Assembly: GCA_965235115.1 (NCBI GenBank)
Contig: OZ249439.1
Span: forward strand, 17,236,001 to 17,300,000
Direction of reading: 5' to 3'
DNA length: 64,000 nucleotides
Source: Laetmonice hystrix
Taxonomy: Eukaryota
The position numbers were made by a program, and so were the translations under genes. Numbering within the stretch: the stretch's first letter is position 1; the number at the start of each line of letters is the position of its first letter. This document shows, piece by piece, positions 11,878 through 23,522 of this stretch. Below the pieces are notes generated by a model. The model was not told where the DNA came from and did not search any database. It saw nothing but the letters and a program-made list of their open reading frames with translations.

Positions 11878-14800
11878 CCTAGAACTTTTATAGTGCGCTC
11901 CAAATCGACTCACAATCGTTATAGTGCTCTAGGCATACGTCATTTCATTCTTACTGTATTGATGTACCTTTACTATCGGTAGTCTACCCGGAAACAACGA
12001 CAAAATGCAATGTAGTATAATATTTATAATGTTCTACTTTTTCTTCTGTTCAGCAAGGGGCTAGCCTTTAGATTCTAACGCCATCCGTTGCGACCAGACA
12101 GTAGATCTCAAATCTGTAGGTCCCAACAATAATTTTCACCCGCGCCGTGCACTTTTACCTCATTGTTCTACCGTGTCTTTTGGCGAGGGCTGCATGGCGC
12201 GTGCCGCTGACCGCCATTTCAAGGAAGGGGGAGGACGAGGGGTGCGCATGATAAAAATTCCCGCTCCATTATTAGTAAATAGAGACACGGCTTGCTGCTG
12301 GACTGATCATCCTAGATTTGCCGATGCCCTCTGGCGGGGCTAGCGCGCACATCGACACCACCCCACTTGCCTAATTATCGCCCAGATGACGCAGCCATGC
12401 CATTGTCCTTTTTCAATAGCAACCTGAACTTCCAAGTACAGAACTATGCTGGGCGGTAGGACCCGAATTAAAGGGAGCTGGTCAAAGTAATGGCATTACT
12501 CGAGATTCAACATCAATTAGTTCACGGCTGGCGGAAGTAAGATGGAGACAGGCTTTTTCTTCAATTATAGGCCGACCTTAGTCTATAGGCCTTTTTGAAA
12601 TGACAACCCAAGAGTGCTAGACTCGCATCCTGTTTTTGCGTTCCAGTAGCCTAATAGTTTTCAGTCCAACTACTTGATTTGGCTAAGTTCAATCCAGCGT
12701 ATGCTCCGACACTTAGCATTTACTTTCTAACAAAAATGATCAAGTTAACCAGAACTCTTGTATTGTTTAACAGAGCAGATTTTCTCTGTCCAAAAAGGGT
12801 ATGCAGATCATGATGACCAGACATGACCGACCTTTATGTGCGTGTTGCGAACAGTTTATCGACGGTCTTGCTCCATGCGTTAGTCCGACAGATGTTATGA
12901 CCTTCCCTTTCGGGGATAATGTAGAGAAGGTACGTCAAGCGGGGCCGGGCGTCAGGGGTCGGAGCCACAATTACTGTTATTACATTACCTGTACCAGTCG
13001 AACTTTAGAGTTACTTGTCCAGCATTAACAAGGCGCCCCTGGATAAACCGAGCCTCCTCAGGAGTGTAGATTCCTGGCCATTTCACTCGGGCCTTTATGG
13101 AGTCCGTATTCGACAGTGCCATGTTTAAGTCGTGTATCGGTAAGGATTCTGTAGTACGATGATGTTAGGGCCTAATAATACGAGATATCAACAATGGCTC
13201 GGAGGTTAAAATTATGGGTTCGTTGGTCAGCAGGTTGAGAGGGGGAAGATTACGTAAGGCCCCCAGCCTCTGTCCTTTCAGCTGCACGCGTTCCGTGGCG
13301 GGGTCCCTGCCTAATTGGATATTATCGAGTTTTAGAACGCCAGTCTAACTGTGTGTAATTTCCAGAACAAAGCGGAACTATTTTGCTGTGGACAAAGCCG
13401 TCACCATGCCAACGACACGACTTCCTACATATACGTTGGAAGTATTATTTCATTAAAAGGTCAATGACCACGTGAACTTTTATGCAAACAACTTGAGCTT
13501 GGATTATGAACATTCATTGCTGTTCCTGATGACCTCGGGTAAATAACATCAATAATACGACCGTCTTCACTGGCTCCAAAACATATAACCTTGTTTATCG
13601 TGAAAATAGCACGGATGAGAGGACGCGTGCACCGCGTGAACTGGACCACATCGCAACACCGTAATTACCGATGATTACCAGACACGTATTAAACATAACA
13701 GGAGAAATTAAACCAAATTATCGTCTAATATTCTGGAAAGCTACGTGACTTTCATAGCCATAAACGTTGTTTTTCTTGCCAACCAAACAGGCGTTTGCAT
13801 GCTTGCTTGAATGTCTAAAACATTTAGAATTATATCTATTACAGTTTTATAATTGCCATTCATCGCTACATAGTATCACATGAAAAAAATAGAGATTGGC
13901 TCGGTTGATTGAAGGGAGTGTGAATAAATTGTTATAAATTCTCCTGTAAGTCAACGGTGATATCAAGCTTTCACCTCATACACTGTATAAAAAAATGTTG
14001 ACGCAATCCATTGTGTGTTTCTATGAAGTAAAACTGAAGACATTAAAAGATGAAAGGTCTATCTCTATGGTATCAAACCTCCAGTATGCTAAGGAGTAAT
14101 CGAGCCAGACTGAGATAGTGAATATTATAGACGCCCGCTAGAATCAATCCAGGCCAGACAGCGATTTAACTAACAACATTAGCGGGTATCAAATCGACGT
14201 TCGTACCAGATATGTTTACGACTTGTGCATTATATCGTGTTTTTTTTCAAAACGTAAGGCGTTTGGGGAGGTTTGAGGTTCACGAGCGTAAATCCTAAAA
14301 AGCGGCGTTACCAGCTAACGTTTGATGAGGTTAATTTCTAGATCAGCCTCATGAACCGTGCCTCGAGGCGTGTGGCACGTCTCGCCGTGTTAAATTATTA
14401 GTTAATCACGATTCCTGTCTGACAGACCTCGAATATCTACCATATATGTTCACGCCACGGAAAAGGGAGATGTGACTCTATATTGGGAAAGAAATGATGA
14501 GCTGATGATTCATGCAGCCTCCTATTTGGGAATTGATATCACCAGTGTTGCCCTAATATGACATTCCATATTCCATCTTTGGACATTATAGGAAATCAGT
14601 GTATACAGCTAATTCGACAGAATTGAGTTATAATTTACTCCACCTTATTTTTTCAAGCATGCACACGCATAGGCTTACACACCTACACCTATCCACCGGT
14701 CTACATATACATTATACATGTAGTTACAGCTGCAGATGTTAAAAAAGAGAATCTGCCCTGACCCGGGGTTGACCATCACTATTACTGAATAATGACCAGA

Positions 14801-15112
14801 CAATGATGGGCCCCCATTTGCCTGGGTCAGGGGGGAACAATCATGGTAATTCGGTACAAAATGCGAGCACTCCGGGTCGTAATGGACTGGTCACTTAGCA
14901 CGTATTTTACTATAGTGTTATATGCTGTCTACAATTTGGCACGTGTACACAACATGTAATTTGTACTAACTTTTTAACCATTTTCATGCCTTGTAAAACG
15001 TATTTATAAGCAAAGAATCGTTAGGATACAATGATCGATATACATGTCAAGAATAAAACCGTATCCTATGACGACAGGACACTAAAATTCAAGGGATTGA
15101 AATGTCTGGCTG

Positions 15113-16109
15113 AATAACAATCCTCCTGCTAACAGCCCATGGACTACAATGAAACGAGCAATAACAATCCTTCTGCTAACAGTCCATGGACTACAATGAA
15201 ACGAGCAATAACAATCCTTCTGCTAACAGTCCATGGACTACAATAAAACGAGCAACAACAATCCTCCTGCTAACAGTCCATGGACTACAATGAAACGAGC
15301 AATAACAATCCTTCTGCTAACAGTCCATGGACTACAATGAAACGAGCAATAACAATCCTTCTGCTAACAGTCCATGGACTACAATGAAACGAGCAATAAC
15401 AATCCTTCTGCTAACAGTCCATGGACTACAATGAAACGAGCAATAACAATCCTTCTGCTAACAGTCCATGGACTACAGTGAAACGAGCAACAACAATCCT
15501 TCTGCTAACAGTCCATGGACTACAATAAAACGAGCAACAACAATCCTTCTGCTAATAGTCCATGGACTACAATGAAACGAGCAATAACAATCCTCCTGCT
15601 AACAGTCCATGGACTACAATGAAACGAGCAATAACAATCCTCCTGCTAACAGTCCATGGACTACAATGAAACGAGCAATAACAATCCTCCTGCTAACAGT
15701 CCATGGACTACAATGAAACGAGCAATAACAATCCTCCTGCTAACAGTCCATGGACTACAATGAAACGAGCAATAAAAATCCTTCTGCTAACAAACAGTCC
15801 ATGGACTACAATTAAACGAGCAATAACAATCCTCCTGCTAACAGTCCATTGACTACAGTGAAACGAGCAACAACAATCCTCCTGCTAACAAACAGTCCAT
15901 GGACTACAATGACACGAGCAATAACAATCCTCCTGCTAACAGTCCATGGACTACAGTGAAACGAGCAATAACAATCCTCCTGCTAAAAGTCCATGGACTA
16001 CAATGAAACGAGCAATAACAATCCTCCTGCTAACAGTCCATGGACTACAATGAAACGAGCAATAACAATCCTCCTGCTAACAGTCCATGGACTACAATGA
16101 AACGAGCAA
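15113..16109. repeat. 47-bp minisatellite, about 21 copies
   Basis: Unit aataacaatcc(t/c)tctgctaacagtccatggactacaatgaaacgagc with a few substitutions and two 4-bp insertions. No spacers. Confidence 0.97.
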
Positions 16110-17437
16110 CCCTTGACCCTGTTATATCAGTTTCCACGGGAACCTGTTTCAGTGTTTCCAGCCGCTGTGTTTGAGCCTTCCTGGGACAATATTGAGAATG
16201 ACCCCTGAAATCAAAGTCCTCAGAGTGTTTTGCAGAATGTGGGCGCCAGTAACTGACACATCAGTCCGGTTGCGTGAGACGTCGGGCCAAGCTGACAGTG
16301 CAGAGATGGCGCCAGGCGCCTCTTTTATATCTCTTAAAGAACGCCACTATGAGTCATCTTCAGCACGTGCTGCCAGCCAGGCAGACCACCAAGAAACTTT
16401 CCTGGCGCACAAATGCTACAACGTGGAAAAGTTGACATGAACTCCACTTGACCGCCTAAGTGGCCCAGCATGTTGGTTTTTGTGCGCATTTAACAAATCG
16501 ACCCAGCAAAGCCGTTCGCCGTCAGAGACAGCAACGGGATACGCTCTTATAGAGACGAGCCTTGGACAGCGACACGACCCTTAATGAAGGTCAGTCGGAG
16601 TAAGAGGTTGAAATCGAAGTGGAAGAACTGGGTTGCGTCGCCGGGCTGGGAACAACACTAATGATGAGTCGTCTAGGGTGATTAAATCACGCCTGAAAAG
16701 CGAACAGGCTCCTATGCACCTGTCTCAGAGTGCCATGGTTCCCAGAACTCCACAGCATGTGGTTACGCCTGACGCTTTGACAACTTTACCCTCCTACTGC
16801 CCACATTAAACAGCATGCTTTGTTGAATAAAATGCCGCAGGCCTATCTACTAATTTAAAAATACAATGTACACTTTTTACAACCAGTCGTGTAGTTTTGT
16901 GTGTAAGGCATGTTCAAACTAAAATATATTATTGCTGTGCAAATCATGTACTACCTGTGTGGGTTTTTATGTGTTAAATTCCCGTCACCTCATGTTTGGA
17001 CTTCATAATCACTTCATTTTTTTCTGCTAATTCTACAGCGGGGCTACAAGGGCGATAGATGACTGGAATCGATTTAACTTGCCCGAGCCGACAGTGATTG
17101 ATGTCTATGTAATTGGTTAGTTGGTTCTCCCTGGCGTGTGTCTACAGAAGAATTGACGTATAATTGGACATGGCCCAGTGCACAAAATCGTCAGGGAATT
17201 AGCGTTCGGTACTTGACACCTTTCCCGTTGACATCTAAACTACCCCCGATGCTATCACTTTACATTCAAATTACGGCGCACAAGGTTACCTGCCTCCCGA
17301 CAGCCTCAGACCAATAAACTGATTCACTTGTGGGCCTCCACCTGACGTGTGGCGAGTGCGCGCCACCTTGTGGAGGCCACGTGACCTCGACACGCTTGGT
17401 TTCACAGAATACCACGCCGGAAGCGCCTTCCAACCAC

Positions 17438-17601
17438 NNNNNNNNNNNNNNNNNNNNNNNNNNNNNNNNNNNNNNNNNNNNNNNNNNNNNNNNNNNNNNN
17501 NNNNNNNNNNNNNNNNNNNNNNNNNNNNNNNNNNNNNNNNNNNNNNNNNNNNNNNNNNNNNNNNNNNNNNNNNNNNNNNNNNNNNNNNNNNNNNNNNNNN
17601 N
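17438..17601. other. Assembly gap (164 N)
   Basis: Run of n characters. Confidence 1.
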
Positions 17602-17738
17602 CCTCTCTCTATCTCTCCCTCCCATCTCTCTCACCCTCTCTCTAGATATCTCTCTATCTCTCTATCTCTCCCCTCTCTATCTATCTATCTATCTCTCCCT
17701 CTCTTTCTGTCTCTCTCTGTCTCTCACCCTCTCTCTCC
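17602..17738. repeat. CT/CTAT-rich microsatellite abutting the gap
   Basis: Low-complexity (CT)n and (CTAT)n sequence. Confidence 0.9.
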
Positions 17739-20700
17739 GAGGAACGCAAGTGAACACTGCCGTTAACGAGCATGAGCCCGGGGTTGCTACCCCTGGACCC
17801 GCGGTCGGCTCCGGGGCCTGGGCCTGAGCTCCTTTTTTCAAATCCCACTTAATCCTTTAACAGGAAAGTTACAGCGTTCGGCTAGGGTGTTCTGTCCCTC
17901 GGTGCCGAGGCCGAATGTCGTACGTATAGTTATTTATCATGTAGAGTCTACTCATGTTTTCAAACACGTTTTTATGCCTTCAGACCTTGAGTCAGACACA
18001 AAATCTGCACAAAGAGAATAACCACTTTTCCGCATCCTCCCAATTGTTCTACACGTACCTACAGTGATCTGGAAAAACCTAGCAAGTCCACTTTGCCTGA
18101 TTTTCAGAAAATTTGGAAAAACAAACCATTCCAAACCTAGTAATTCCAAAAATGGGACTAACTCAAATTGGACAAAAACCCTGATCGTTTGTAACACAAT
18201 AAAATCTATAAGGTGTGTTCATAGCCAACAGACACAGAGCTTGAGTACCCTACAAGATATACTGTGTCGCTGTGCTGAAACCCCCATAATTATACTGCTG
18301 CTCTGGCTGATAGCTTCATATGCCTTCCTCCATAAAGGGAGTATACACTGGGAACCCACGGCTATTTCGCCATGCCATTATCTGTCTGCATGCAGTCCCC
18401 ATTCTCTATCCTTGGCGATAATGGCAAAGGCTACGTGTGCCACTTGTGCCGTTTGATCGGATACCAGCCGGTTAACGTTCAGCTCGGGGGCCGCAGATTG
18501 ACAGATACACAGTGGCCGTTGATTGGGTTGTGTGTTCGTGTCCCTGGCTAGTGTAACATCTACCGTATCATGGGGGTCCGCAGGGTCCGCCGGGGTCTCC
18601 AGAGGTCACTGTCGTCATCTTATCGCCAACTTATGGCGCCAACGTAGCAGACGGTAGGAAAGGACGCCCACGTATAAAATGGCTCACTTCTGTCTTAATT
18701 CACTTTTGTCGGCGATATAGCCACAGTCTTGGGCCTAAAATGAACATCTATCAATAAATCGTCTTTAGAAGTTTTTGCTACAAGTCCTTAGGGAGGTGTT
18801 CACTTGGAATAGATACCTTCCACTTCTTATTGCTGCGCCTTTTTGACCAAGCTTTTTGACAGCCTGTCGTACATCCTCAAATAAAACCTTACTTGACCAA
18901 TGATTTATAAATTGTGTGGCCATTATACGTAGTCCAGGTACAGGCGGTATAGCCATGACGATCGGTGGTAACGACCGGTATAGAAACCTTGGGCGTTTAG
19001 AACAAACAGTACGCATCCTCTAATCTTGACGTTATTGACCATATTCACCCAAACCCCAGCGCAGACATAAGACATCACGTTTTTATTTGATTGAATCCTG
19101 TCATGATAGAGCCTCGTTGTAGAATGATCTCGACTGTATGGTTACAAAGGTGACCCATCATGATTCTAATAAAGACAAATTAAGAAATCTCTGAGCGGAC
19201 TTTTATAACACAATGGTGAAATCCGTGTCATACTAATATAGTAGTAATTGGGCGGGGACAGGGAGGGGGTACAAGCGTGAACGCAATCAACAAAATTGTA
19301 AATCTAAGGCATTCACTTCATTTTCCTTGAATTGCTCATTTTACGAGGCAACCACAGTCATGATTATTCCATCTTTTTGTATCTTCCCTCGTGCTATAAC
19401 AGAACTAGTACTAATGGATCAGAGAATGTTGCGGTAAGAAAGTGGCATGAAAAAGGATTAACGTTTATCCCATTCAAATCGGCCCAGCCAGCCGACATAT
19501 GTTGTCTGGACAGATAGCCCCGGGTAGCCTGAGACCGTAGAGCCTGCCTTGCATCAGAGCTTTGAGTAAACATAATCCGGTTTTGATCAAAGCGGGATCA
19601 GAGCATATCCCCAATGGTCATCACGACCAGACAAGGCCACCAACTAATTGAGCGACGCCTCCGACGGGGGGAACCTCTGGCCAAACCGTAGCCACACTTA
19701 AGAGCATATCAAACGAAATTAATTCTATAGAACAGGGCTCCAATCATGACAGCGTCTGACGTTTTAGAGAGCTTTCGTCCAAACCAAAGCCTGCCCTGGC
19801 TGTAGTTTAATTAACAAAGCAATATTTCGTCGGACCCGTGGAGCGCAGCCGCTGCAGTGCGGTCCCCACGCAGCCCAGTGCATTGTGTCCGCAGGCTCGT
19901 GCCGTTTCGGCTGGCAAGGACCTCAGAGTGCCGCATTTTGTCGTCAATCTGTTTGGACCGGCCGAGATCGGATGCCACGATCGACTGCCACTGGCCACGC
20001 ACGGCCGACTTGGCCGGAGGGCCGTTTTCTGGCCGGCTAAAGATAGGTCCCTTCCACTAAACAAAGGGATTCGTGCATGCCGCACTTCGTATAAAACAGA
20101 CACGCTCCTTCCAGAGCCTCTGATTGTAAGAAAACATGTTTACTCATCCTATGTGGTATTTCATATATAAACATCAAAAGCAAGGAGCAAGTTATCATTG
20201 AACCTTCCATGTAAAAAACAGAGTAGTTGAGGACATGGAGGCCAACATACTGTGCCATTATGCATGCCATTAAGCCTGGCATATCGCCTTCCATGTTGGA
20301 ACCACTAAATGTAGCCTACGGATAAAATTTTAAAATGCATACTTTCGACTAAAACTGCATGATCAGTTGGCCGATGCGTTGTCATGTGGTTGAAAAATGA
20401 TCATTTCATTTTTAATTAACATGAAGCTCGATGCATAATGAATGCGGCACCCTGCTATGAGCATTTCGTCTGACATCCGCTCGCCCGCCTCGCCCCAGCC
20501 ACGGGTCAGCTGGTGAAGCCTCTGTCGGTCGTGCTGACTATAATGGATAGATGGTGAACAATTAATAGTAAGTCGATATGACCGCAGTGTTGGAAAACAG
20601 ATAGCTTCAACTGAAGGTATATTTCACTGCTTCATTGTGAGACAATCAACTGTCTGGTTTGGCTCGATCTCTAACATTGTTTTTCTAACAATGACCCTGT

Positions 20701-23241
20701 CAACTAAATACGCCACTCCTACCCCCGGTACAGTTTATGGTTGACGTGTGAAATCTCGTCTCGCCCACTCTTTTGTTGCCCTTTTTTCTCCACTGGATAT
20801 CTCGTAGATACAGATCAGCATTGAACCGGGCATTAATGAAGATTCCATGATCAAGCAAACTCTATAACAGTGTGGCGAGATTTCACCAGCGCACGCCTCA
20901 ATTCTTTACAGTTCATTCATTATGTTGTCATAAGAAGACTGAACGCGATGATAAAAACAGGCCAAATACGAAAACCTCTCCTTTTTCTCAAATATTTGCA
21001 ACTAGCTTGGTGAGAATGGCCGTTCATTAGCCTGACGCTGAGGACACGTGTCTGTCGGCCAGGGTGAGAGGGGGCATTGTGCCACGAGGACAATAGTCTA
21101 AGTTAACACCCTGGCAGGGAGCTGACAAAGGGACGCCTGAGTCTGACCGTGGTAGGGGCGGGGGAGAACGGTCGGATACACGTCCGTACATGGAGAACGA
21201 CATTCACACGGCTGTGGGACAGATTGATATAATACTACTGCTTCATAACTTTACCATGCTGGAAACCATCCCCATCAAACTCGCTGCAATTAGATAGTTG
21301 TATGGTTAATACAGTTTGAAATTCTTCTGGCAACACCAGGGATTGCATGGATGGTCGCATGTACATGTGTAATCGATGGGTGATATATATTTTTATCCCC
21401 TAAATATTAACTCTATGATGATCAATTTGATATAGAACAATAAGATTCGCGACCCTATCGAGCGTCTTCCAGCTTGATTAGGCTTACATTGTTTCCAAAT
21501 ATCATAACCAACCTTCCGTCGTTTTGTTCAGTGCTATTTGTGGAGGTTATACGTGACGACGGAGGACCGATTAGTTGGATGTTACGCGGTATTGGTGAGA
21601 CATGGATCTAATCTTAGATTGCAACTGATCCAAAGTCTGTTAAAAATTTTACGCACGTTGAATGTGGAAGATAAGAATATGTACTATACTAAGAGCAGAC
21701 CTGATCTTGACGCAATAGAACTCAGGCTCGCCTGGCTTACAACAGCCAGTGCTAAGTAAATAACAATCTAAATGCGTGGATATCAGATATGATCATTTTT
21801 GAAAAACAAATAACAAAAGTTAATATCTAAGTAAATAAACATATAGGCCTAATGGTGCATAATTTTTGCTGCCCAGCGGGTCTGTTTCAAAGACAATAAA
21901 ACACCTTGTGATTGGTGGGTAGAAGTAACACTCGAAAGTTAACCTGGATATGGTGGTAGAACTGTGACGACCTAATCCCAAAGTATTCTGCTGAGGACGA
22001 CAAATACAGCGTCAAAAATAGCTTTCTGAAGTCTGCTGGCTCAAGCGATAATCCTGGCGCACACATTAGGGTAAATGATGGTGCTAATAAGTCATCGTGG
22101 ACCGATTGTGGAGGCGACAGGCGGCGGGCGCCTGGGCCGGCCCCGGCGGACCCGGCCCAGCTGGCCATGTCGCCCGGCCCCCCACGGCCCCCGACCGACC
22201 TGCACCCCAGGTCCACGACTCGGCTCTCTGGAGGGATCTCTCCCACAACCGGGCATCATTGTCACCGGCGCGCTGCCTCTTTTCAGCCATGATAAGCAAT
22301 ATCCACTATCTTCACCCGGGTCTATCGCTGTAGTCTGGTAAAGGAGGGTTTGGTCTGGACAATAGCGTGTTCACACGTAGTTCCAGTACAATAATTCAAC
22401 AATACTAGGCATTATTTGTAAAATTTACAGCCGAGTTATAAGTGAATTCAAATTATGACTTGTCACAAGAGATTAGTCTAAAAACTTACTCTTATGTTCC
22501 ATGACCAGTTCTGTAGGCCTAGACCACTAATACTCAAAAAGGGGTCGTATGGAGTCCAAGACCTGCTCGGCAGGCAATATCCTCTTGTCGGGCGTGTGGG
22601 AGTGGTGACCTGAATACAACAATTGAACAAAAAACAATCACCATCCTTATCAATCATTTTACCACTGTCTAAATTCAAAACGCTGAAACACTAGGCCGAC
22701 GTTTCTGTCGATCTCCCAAAGTGTCAGTGTGAAGAACTGAATCGATTTCAAGAGTTAGGGATGGTTAGCAAAAATCTTGAAGAAATCAGAATCTTATTCC
22801 TTTAACACGGGTTAGTTGTAAGTATACAATTGTCTGTGAATGGTCTCGACAGTTAGTGCAGCGGTCAATATGCTATACGAGTTTCTACCTGAAATATTTC
22901 TGCTGTTTTGAGTTTGAGCAATGGTGTTGGGCTACTTCCGGTCTGCGGATTCTCGGCCAAGGTCAATTGTCTCCTGCGGCAGACGGCTGACACACTTTTA
23001 ATATCATTTTTAATAATCAAAACGTTCATCAACTGGAACTCCGACAGTAAGCTGCGAGCCTCGCTCTGTCAACAGAAATCATTCCCTGCAAACCAGCGTT
23101 TCAGATACGTACTTTTCCTCCCACATTCTCGAAGCGTCTGCTGTCGAAATATCCCGGGCGGAAATTTTGGTTTGGTAAAAGGCATGCGGATATTTCACTT
23201 GTGGACAGTGATGTCCGTGATTTGAATCGTTATCTAACACA

Positions 23242-23522
23242 CAGGCGTAGCAAGCACTTTAAAAGTGTGTGTGTGTGTGTGGGGGGGGGGGGCAACAGGG
23301 CCATGCGCAGGATTTTTCTAGGGGGGGGTTACAGTTTGGCGGGGGGACTGGGCGAGCGCGGAAGGCGCAAAGCCATGCTAGGGGAGTCCGGGGGCATGCC
23401 CCCCGAAAGATTTTGAAGTCAAGGGGAGGGAAAAAGTGGGGGGGGGGGGCAAAAGATCTCTGGCCCCCTCATTTCAAAGTGGGGGCCATGGCCCCCCTGG
23501 CCCCCCTTTTCCTACGCTCCTG
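23242..23522. mobile_element. MITE with CAGG termini and 6-bp TSD (hAT6-like)
   Basis: AACACA direct repeat on both flanks. Imperfect TIRs caggcgtagc / cctacgctcctg. Poly-G subterminal tracts. Core gcgagcgcggaaggcgcaaagcc...ggggg..ccccccgaaa is shared with the element at 33215. Confidence 0.65.

Noticed and set aside
9431-11893. Short repeat-derived ORFs (CKWGSSGTTSR, THCLL, PPDAL repeats)
   Set aside because: They arise from 33-bp and 15-bp tandem repeats whose unit lengths are multiples of 3, with no splice or homology support.
15113-16109. CRISPR array (palindromic repeat with an ATGAAAC motif)
   Set aside because: Units are head-to-tail with no unique spacers, there are no cas genes, and the context is eukaryotic.
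17266-17827. ORFs of 122-165 aa spanning the gap
   Set aside because: They are open only because of N runs and CT microsatellite.
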